A stretch of DNA of 64,000 bases from Hormiphora californensis (taxonomy: Eukaryota > Animalia > Ctenophora): positions 3,534,001-3,598,000 of the forward strand of contig CM035358.1 in assembly GCA_020137815.1 (NCBI GenBank). Direction: 5' to 3'. A model generated the notes under the pieces. The model saw only the letters and a program-made list of their open reading frames with translations, had not been told where the DNA came from and did not search any database. Each line of letters starts with the position of its first letter. Position 1 is the stretch's first letter. Positions 11,001-21,500 of the stretch are shown one piece after another. Both the position numbers and the translations under genes were made by a program.

Positions 11001-14000
11001 ATGTAGAAGAGTAGCAAAGGCAATAAGTGTGCTATCAGTAGTTTCACGCATCATAAAGCTGGTCTCCCAGTCAGTGTGTCGGTGCAGCACCCAATTCTCC
11101 ACCGGCACAAATGTGAAGGAAATCAACATTAGCAGAGAGGTGAAGTACCTGGGGGATTGAGGGATTAGCTTGAGCAGGGAGGTAAAGTACCTGGGAGAGA
11201 AGGGGGATTAGCTTGAGCAGAGAGGTGAAGTACCTGGGAGAGTAGGAGGGTTAGCTTGAGCAGAGAGGTGAAGTACCTAGGAGAGTAGGGGGGTTAGCTT
11301 GAGCAGAGAGGTGAAGTACCTGGGAGAGTAGGGGGGTTAGCTTGAGCAGAGAGGTGAAGTACCTGGGAGATTGGGGGATTAGCAGGGAGGTGAAGTACCT
11401 GGGAGAGTAGGGGGATTAGCTTGAGCAGAGAGGTGAAGTACCTGGGAGAGTAGGGGGATTAGCTTGAGCAGAGAGGTGAAGTACCTGGGGGAGTAGGGGG
11501 ATTAGCTTGAGCAGAGAGGTGAAGTACCTGGGAGAGTAGGGGGATTAGCTTGAGCAGAGAGGTGAAGTACCTGGGAGAGAGAGTAGGGGGATTAGCTTGA
11601 GCAGAGAGGTGAAGTACCTGGGAGAGAGAGTAGGGGGGTTAGCTTGAGCAGAGAGGTAAAGTACCTGGGAGAGTAGGGGGATTAGCTTGAGCAGGGAGGT
11701 GAAGTACCTGGGGGAGAGTAGGGGGATTAGCTTGAGCAGAGAGGTACCTGGGAGATTAAGAGGGATCATATGTGAGATAAAAATAGAGCTTCTCTGTCGA
11801 CTGTCATAAATTGTTTATTCCTTTTCGATTGGCTCAACATCATACCTTACTCTCGTTTTTTAAGAAACGCTTTAGTAAGAAACTTTTTTATAAGAAACTT
11901 TTCAAATGTAAATCACACTATTCAGAGACACCACAACAAAATAGAACACCCCTAACTTGTTTAGTTTCTTGATAAAGGAGAAAATCTTTTTGTTTTTGGA
12001 TTGCTAACACCTGTAGTTTCCTAGAAAAAAAGTTTCTTATTTAAAAGTTTCTTGAAATATGCGAGCTTAATTAACGAGAGTAAGGTATTTCACTCTGATG
12101 ATATACACTGTACCTGTTTCCCCAAATGTCCTTGACGTTGACCAGCTTGTGACTGGCACATGTTACACAGAAGGAGATGGTAGCGTACACCCAGAACGGC
12201 TCCAATACCAACATATCTTATCAAGAACTAACAAAACTTAGTTAATTGTGCTCCTAAACCATATATACTAGTACATGTCTTATTTAGAGCAGGTTCTACA
12301 ATGGTTTCAAGGACAGCAAAAAGGACAGATTATGAGTGACCAGGGGTCGGCACACAGTGCTATTATAGAAGCAAGAGCTGCTGCACACTGTACAAGGGGT
12401 CGAACAAAGACCAGTAAACAAATAAATGCATATATTTGTATACATATTTTATTTAGTATATGCAGCCGGCATACATTTTAATTCATGAGTTTTAAATCGC
12501 CATTTATAGTATAGAGGAGAATCATAGAGAAGTTTTAGAATGAATCTGCTGCACAATACGGCACGGAGATGGAACGATCTGCTTTACTCAGCTGTGGTGC
12601 TTGATTTCTTGTTAAAACCATCTGAATCCCAGATTACTAGGGCAGTACCACAAATTAAATACTATTACTGGTTGTTATGACTGAATACAATAAAGTTTGC
12701 CTTGTTTGAACAAAACAAAATAAAGTAGAAGGACGAATATACAAATGAATATTAGATATTGTTACTGCCAGCAGGAAAGTAGAAGGACAAAGAGAACCTA
12801 TACAAAATATGAAGATGAGCTAGTTACTGCCGGCGTGTACTGTTGATTAATTGCAAACTTTTCCTGGAACAACATTTCTATGCCGCTATATGTTGTACAC
12901 TCCCAGCTTTATGCTAATAACTGAGAACTAGGAGAAATATGGAGTTAGAAGAACCAGGAAAAAAAAGAGGAAATTAAAGTCTCATTTTCTTTTTTTCCTC
13001 GTTCTAACACGGCGTGCCTGGTGAAATTTTAACACGACCTAGCATGCGACGGGAAACCACCACTTGTACGTGGTAGCTGAGGGTCTACAGAATGGCGCTA
13101 CGGTGCGGGAAAAAACATTCCATTCCCTAAAATCGTTTTTTTTACTTTTATTTGATTTGGGTCAAAATTGGCTATATTAAACGTGGTCCCGAAAAATCCA
13201 TAATGACTTAGCACACGAAATATGTCACCCCTACCTATTTTTGCACGTAGAATCGATTGCCGTTGAAGTCGAATCTCTAAAATGACTGTAAAATGGTCAA
13301 AAGTTGATTTTTTACCATTTTTTGGAGGTTTTTGGCCCCTAAACCATTGAAAACGTTGAGATAGGGATTTGAAACTAGTGCCAATCGTTAAAATGGTCAT
13401 TTTTCTACCAAGAACCAAGTTTTCGTGTATATCCGATTTATGGTTAGATTTGGGCAAATTGTTGAAATCTGCCAACTAGGAGAACCGTAACTTGATTTTC
13501 TTGTTTTTTGGATTTTGGCATTTTTGACAGACTTCTGATTGAAATGGCCAGTCGGGACCATGCTTAAGTTGTTTATGGGACAATTTTCGACTAAAATCCA
13601 AGATTTCATACCAATCCAATAACAGATCGTTGATTTATAGAAAATTTGCGTAGGCAAAACGGTCAAAATAAGCAAGAAAAGTTGTTATTTTGACCGTTTT
13701 GCCTACGCAAATTTTCTATAAATCAACGATCTGTTATTGGATTGGTATGAAATCTTGGATTTTAGTCGAAAATTGTCCCATAAACAACTTAAGCATGGTC
13801 CCGACTGGCCATTTCAATCAGAAGTCTGTCAAAAATGCCAAATTCCAAAAAACAAGAAAATCAAGTTACGGTTCTCCTAGTTGGCAGATTTCAACAATTT
13901 GCCCAAATCTAACCATAAATCGGATATACACGAAAACTTGGTTCTTGGTAGAAAAATGACCATTTTAACGATTGGCACTAGTTTCAAATCCCTATCTCAA

Positions 14001-15272
14001 CGTTTTCAATGGTTTAGGGGCCAAAAACCTCCAAAAAATGGTAAAAAATCAACTTTTGACCATTTTACAGTCATTTTAGAGATTCGACTTCAACGGCAAT
14101 CGATTCTACGTGCAAAAATAGGTAGGGGTGACATATTTCGTGTGCTAAGTCATTATGGATTTTTCGGGACCACGTTTAATATAGCCAATTTTGACCCAAA
14201 TCAAATAAAAGTAAAAAAAACGATTTTAGGGAATGGAATGTTTTTTCCCGCACCGTAGCGCCATTCTGTAGACCCTCAGCTACCACGTACAAGTGGTGGT
14301 TTCCCGTCGCATGCTAGGTCGTGTTAAAATTTCACCAGGCACGCCGTGCTAACTCGATATGCTATTTCACAATATTAACCATCTACAAACTACATTTCCT
14401 ATCTACCGCACTAACCCCCCTCTCCTGTTGCAGTCAGTTCAAAAGTCTCTGGGAATTTCCCAGAAAACGGTGGATCTTCTCAGTCTGCTAATGCAACTGG
14501 TACTGGAATTCGTTGTGGGGGACAGTCTTGTATTATCTTGATGTGGCATCAGGTGACAACATATAGTTATTATTTTCAACATCTGTGCTAATATAATTGC
14601 CTCGCATAAAATTAAAAGTTGACATGATACCTAAAATAAAAGAAGACAGTCTACTAGAGACCGAGCACAGTAATGTAGAATGAGAATGCTAATAAAAAGG
14701 GTTATTTGCAAGATAGCAAGATACAGACCAGACAAAAGTGAGGATCATCTTAAAACCGATCAACTCAAATGGTTTCTCTTGATTGATTATCATGTCTGCT
14801 TCCTGATACCTTAATCAACCCCCATGGCTTCTCTCTGTCTGTCTCTCACTTACTCTCACCCACTCTTGACATCTCTCCCTATTTCTCACTCTTTCTCTCT
14901 CCACATCGATCTCCATCGACCTACCGAGACGGGTTTTAAAGCCTATAGGGTGTCGCGACAAATCGTTAGTAATACAGTTACATAGTTATCGGTTACTTAC
15001 TCACCTTCTTTCTCCCCTCTCTATCTCTCTCTCAGATCAGTCTGTATTCCCAGTCTGTATTTTAATCAGGGGGACTATCACGTGACAAATAAATAGCAAT
15101 CAGTTAATCGCCCTCGCTGTTTAAGTGGCCTCAAGAAACTTGAATAGTCACTCTGTTATAAGACAAAATATAATTCCTCATAGAAAGCAATTGAACTCAG
15201 TAGCCTAGTAGGTAATTGGTGTGGTGTCTTATACATAACATAAATATGGTTTGAGGCAACACTTAAGAAGGG

Positions 15273-15343
<71 letters not shown>

Positions 15344-15458
15344 AGTGAGTATGCTAATACTTTTTCAACACGCTGAGACAAACATTTTTAAACTTCTCTC
15401 TGTCTTTCTCTCTCTGTCTCTCTCTGTCTCTCTCTGTCTCTCTCTGTCTCTCTCTGTC

Positions 15459-15544
<86 letters not shown>

Positions 15545-18500
15545 TCTCTCGCTCTCCCTCTCCCTCTCTCCCTAGCCAACCACATGTTGTCCTATAATTA
15601 TAGGCCCAACCTATCCCATTATGCAGTACGTGATGGATTCGGCCAATGGTGTGGTGGCTGGTGGCATATGTAATATGTGTGGGAGTGGGCACCACTGTAA
15701 TTAGAGAGACCACTGTAATTAGAGAGACCATGCTTCTAGGGATGTAATTGCTTGAATAATTACATCCAGTTCTCACGAACCCACTGCACTAGAAACTTTA
15801 ACTGTACTTAACGTGAGAAAGAAAAATAGTTGAACCATGCATATTGCATACCATACAGTGAAAATTAAATTTTTAGAGACATGTCCACCCAATGACTTAT
15901 GACCCACCCCTTACTTAACAACAAATGACGGCTCAACTCATGGTGATGTCCCTTATAAATGACAGCTCAACGCTCTAGAACCATGACGCGATACACCATC
16001 AAATGACGTCATAATCGTGACGTCATTATCACGTGTTTCAGATGTTTGGTTGGCACTCGAACTGCTGGACGAAGACTCCTCTATTTCCTACGATAATGAG
16101 GCGCTCCAAGTTCTACTGTTCACGTTCATCCCCCAGGCTACCATCTCTCTTATTCAGGGTAAGGGCGAGTAGAAGTGTGACTCCACTAATTATACCACAA
16201 CTGTACCTCATGGTAGGTAATATTATGGAGTACCAATATAGCCAACCAATTAAATATATGTACTGCAAAGTATGTTCAAGTTACTTGTAGGTGATAAGTG
16301 TGTTTTGATGTAGGTGATAAGTGTGTTTTGATGTAGGTGATAAGTGTGTTTTGATAGCTTAGCAGTTAGCAATATCATAACACACTTGTCACTTGTCATT
16401 TTGCTATGTAATGGAAGACAACATCATGAAACATAAGTTACCAATATATTTGCAAAGTCACCACTTCGTGAGTTGTACGGGGTTTCAATGCTCTCTTGAG
16501 AAACTATGAGCCGGAGAATATAAATATTGAAATAAAGAGTAACTCTGACGATAAAAAAAGACAAATTAGTTCAAGTGTAGAAGTGTAGAAATATGATTTG
16601 TATTCACTGTGTACAGTGTACTAATTTACACTTTATACTGCTCAGGTATAAAATGCCTCTGGACTGGTGGTGGATCAAGAAGATCCATCTTCAGGGCTAT
16701 CATCTGTTTCATTGGATTTGGGCCACTACTAATTGGTATCGAATGTATCTACTACACACTAAGGTATAAAGTTAGGACTTAGCACTATAATCTGTAGAAT
16801 TCACAATACCCATATTACTGGGAAACCCACTCGCTTTGATAATCAACTCTCCAAGTTCCCCTAATCATAATCAACTCTCCAAGTTAATTAAGATGCTGCT
16901 CAGGTGGAATTATGAGAGTGAGTCGATAGCCCGTAAAGGTGGTGGGAGCAGTAAGACTAAAGGTGAAGAAAAGCCTCTCAAGGTAAATTATAATCAATCT
17001 CGCGATCTTTTGCGAGTTCTATTTCAAGGGGGCCTTGAGAAGGGGTTCATAATGATATTCAATCAATAAATTGCCAAAATACCTTACTGTCTAGTGCCTG
17101 ACGGTTCCTATTCAAAATAAAAAGCACGCTGTCGCTCAAAATGGGGGACAGCGGCGCGTGATTGTGACCAATTCTCCCTCCCCTAATCCTAATTCTCCCT
17201 CCCATAATCCCAATCTTCCACCCCCTCCACCCCAATTCTCCCTCCCCTATCGCTCAAAATGGGGGACAGCGGCGCGTTATTGTGACCGATAATAGATGGA
17301 CTCTGATCATCACACCTCGAATAAGAGACGTGAGGTCGTGAGTGGCACTCACTTAGTGCCTTTAGTTATAACTTGTTCCTTTTTTAGGCAAGCTCGAGAT
17401 TAATAATATTATGTATACAAAAGATAGCACTACACAATCGCACAAAGTGCAAATACACCATATATCTCGGGAGTCGGGTATATACTGCATAGAGAGTGGT
17501 TGATGCTCAGGGGGATGCAAATTAATTACAACTGAAGCCATGCTCTCCTTTCATTTCGAGTGTAGTGATATTTCTTCATCTCATTTTTCATGTCCTTTCA
17601 TTCACATTCTACTACAGTCGGACCCCGATTTAGGGACACCCTCGGGGGAAAGGCTCTTGTCCACTAAATCGGGGTGTCCACTAAATCGGGGTCAAATAAT
17701 GTTAATTTCCTATATCGGGGGATAAAAATCCTGTCCCTAAATCGGGGTGCCACTAAATCGGGGGCCACTAAATCGGGGTCCAACTGTATCAAGGGGGTGC
17801 ATTCTAACTCTAGTATCCTGTAGCGATGGCCATCAAATGACAATGTAAAAGATGTCTCCTAGTATCTTGATGGAAAAATTTTTTTTCTAATACCCACCCC
17901 TTCTTTACAGTGTTTACGGTGGTTTTACCCCCACCCCCTCAACCCCGATCTCCCCTCCCCAGTCCCCTCAACCCCGATCTCCCCTCCCCAGTCCCCTCAA
18001 CCCCGATCTCCCCTCCCCAGTCCCCTCAACCCCGATCTCCCCTCCCCAGTCCCCTCAACCCCGATCTCCCCTCCCCTGATCCCAATTCTCCCTCCCCTAA
18101 TCCCAATCTTCCACCCCCTCCACCCCAATTCTCCCTCCCGTAATCCCAATTCTCCCTCCCATAATCCCATAATCCCATAACTTTCTCCGCAGGATGTGCT
18201 GGACGAGTCAGTTGAGAAATGGAACACAATTCGAATCTGGGAGGCCTCTCTCGAAAGTGGACCCGAACTACTCCTGCAATTCTACATCGCGTTCTGTACT
18301 AACATCTACAGCATCACTTCCCTGACACTGTCCTTTGTGAGCCTGATCCAGGCAGCGGCGGAGTACTATTATTGTAAAGCTGATGGTAAGAAATTACCCC
18401 TCAACATATGAGCTCCCTATAAAGCGTAATATAGGGGTGACTGATCGTAACCAAAAGTTAGTAGTAGAAAGTAGTATAAGATAAAGCAAATCTGTATGGA

Positions 18501-21500
18501 AACATCCCGAACAGGATATGTACTAATAGTTATCACTTTACTCGGTTAATTTGATGAAATACACGCCAAGAAAATGTACAATATTTATTTAAAGATGTAC
18601 AGAGCTATTCATACAGTCTTAGAAACACATGTACACTGCTACTACCAACGGCCTACTGAACAGTATTTACCTCAGGTCACGACCACGGTAATATATTACA
18701 GCGCGAGTTATATAGTGTATCATATTCATAGTGCAAGAGGCCTGCATTAGCACGAACAGCAGCTGTTCGTGCTAATGCAGGCCTCTTGCACTATGATACA
18801 CTATATAACTCGCACTGTAATATATTACCGTGGTCGTGAGCTGAGGTAAATACTCCGTCATGAGCTAGCTGTGAAAAGATTATATTTTATATTTCACAGC
18901 GATTATGAAATGGTATTGTCATTGTTCATCCGGGGGTGCCCCTCTCTTTGTGTGCGAAATCACGATAATATTATGATTAAAAAAATCAGTAATCATGTAG
19001 AACTAGCACCTATACACTGGTTGAGAGAGTATTAGTTATTTCATACTGAACGCAGCGGCCTAATGATTTGAATAAAGAATATTCCCTTAAAGCGAATGAA
19101 TTAGCAGTTCTCGAAAATCGCTAATTCCTCGCTTTAACTGCTTCACTTTTTAACTGCATAACTTGTCACTGGTTTAAGGTGAGTGAGATTCTCACTTGGT
19201 AATGAAATTCCCCCTCTGCGCTAGCTATATGCAATAAATAGGGGTGACTTCGTAACCAAGATTCTCACTGTAACTCACACTCAGATCATAACGGGCCAGA
19301 GATTTACTAGGGAACACATATATGCATAACTGGTTGAGTAACTCACAATACATATAACTTGTTGGATAGTTACTGAGCTGCTCTGCGAGTTGATCTTGTG
19401 GTGGATCATGTGCACAATATCATGAATATATATGTGATAACCATTCAACACTCGAGACATGTACTGCTGCACCTCTCACACCGACTCTTATTTCTATCGA
19501 TATACAACATATGCAGAGAACACACGCGAGTTTTCTGAATTTGTTGTGAGTTCAACAAAACCCTCCCCATCTCTGCAGGTGCTATTGGGTACTTCCCCCA
19601 CCTGATCGTATTGAGTGTAACTACCATCCTGCTTCTGGTATCTCGCCTTACCGCTGCATTCGTCTTTATCTTCCAGTTCGGGGTAGGTGCTGATGTTACT
19701 TACATTGTTAGACTCACTCAGAGGTGACTCAGAGGTGACTCAGAGGTGACTCAGAGGTGACTCAGAGGTGACTAAGAGGTGACTCAGAGGTGACTCAGAG
19801 GTGACTCAGAGGTGACTGAGAGGTGACTTAGCGGTGACTGAGAGGTGACTAAGAGGTGACTAAGAGGTGACTGAGAGGTGACTGAGAGGTGACTAAGAGG
19901 TGACTAAGAGGTGACTAAGAGGTGACTGAGAGGTGACTAAGAGGTGACTCAGAGGTGACTCAGAGGTGACTGAGAGGTGACTAAGAGGTGACTAAGAGGT
20001 GACTCAGAGGTGACTCAGAGGTGACTAAGAGGTGACTCAGAGGTGACTCAGAGGTGACTCAGAGGTGACTCAGAGGTGACTAAGAGGTGACTAAGAGGTG
20101 ACTCAGAGGTGACTGAGAGGTGACTAAGAGGTGACTAAGAGGTGACTCAGAGGTGACTCAGAGGTGACTAAGAGGTGACTCAGAGGTGACTCAGAGGTGA
20201 CTAAGAGGTGACTCAGAGGTGACTCAGAGGTGACTCAGAGGTGACTGAGAGGTGACTGAGAGGTGACTGAGAGGTGACTCAGATGTGACTCAGAGGTGAC
20301 TCAGAGGTGACTCAGAGGTGACTCAGAGGTGACTGAGAGGTGACTGAGAGGTGACTCAGATGTGACTCAGAGGTGACTGAGAGGTGACTCAGAGGTGACT
20401 GAGAGGTGACTCAGAGGTGACTGAGAGGTGACTAAGAGGTGACTAAGAGGTGACTGAGAGTTGACTAAGAGGTGACTCAGAGGTGACTCAGAGGTGACTG
20501 AGAGGTGACTAAGAGGTGACTAAGAGGTGACTCAGAGGTGACTCAGAGGTGACTCAGAGGTGACTCAGAGGTGACTCAGAGGTGACTAAGAGGTGACTCA
20601 GAGGTGACTGAGAGGTGACTAAGAGGTGACTCAGAGGTGACTCAGAGGTGACTCAGAGGTGACTCAGAGGTGACTAAGAGGTGACTCAGAGGTGACTCAG
20701 AGGTGACTCAGAGGTGACTGAGAGGTGACTCAGAGGTGACTGAGAGGTGACTGAGAGGTGACTGAGAGGTGACTCAGATGTGACTGAGAGGTGACTGAGA
20801 GGTGACTCAGAGGTGACTGAGAGGTGACTCAGAGGTGACTAAGAGGTGACTAAGAGGTGACTGAGAGGTGACTAAGAGGTGACTCAGAGGTGACTCAGAG
20901 GTGACTGAGAGGTGACTCAGAGGTGACTGAGAGGTGACTAAGAGGTGACTGAGAGGTGACTCAGAGGTGACTAAGAGGTGACTAAGAGGTGACTGGGAGG
21001 TGACTGAGAGGTGACTCAGAGGTGACTCAGAGGTGACTGAGAGGTGACTTAGCGGTGACTGAGAGGTGACTAAGAGGTGACTAAGAGGTGACTCAGAGGT
21101 GACTAAGAGGTGACTCAGAGGTGACTGAGAGGTGACTGAGAGGTGACTAAGAGGTGACTAAGAGGTGACTCAGAGGTGACTAAGAGGTGACTCAGAGGTG
21201 ACTCAGAGGTGACTCAGAGGTGACTGAGAGGTGACTGAGAGGTGACTGAGAGGGGACTCAGATGTGACTGAGAGGTGACTCAGAGGTGACTCAGAGGTGA
21301 CTCAGAGGTGACTCAGAGGTGACTGAGAGGTGACTGAGAGGTGACTTAGAGGTGACTCAGAGGTGACTCAGAGGTGACTCAGACCACTGAATTAACTTTG
21401 TACACATAATCTCACTCTCACTGTTTTAGTAGATCCCCAATTTCCTGGGATCCTTGGGGTAAATTGGGTGCCGGTAAATCGGGTGCCGGTATATCGGGGT

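Noticed and set aside
15345-15776. ERER/SLSL ORFs (also 4515-4990, 29702-29974, 53300-53704, 55374-55781)
   Set aside because: (GA)n/(CT)n microsatellite artefacts.
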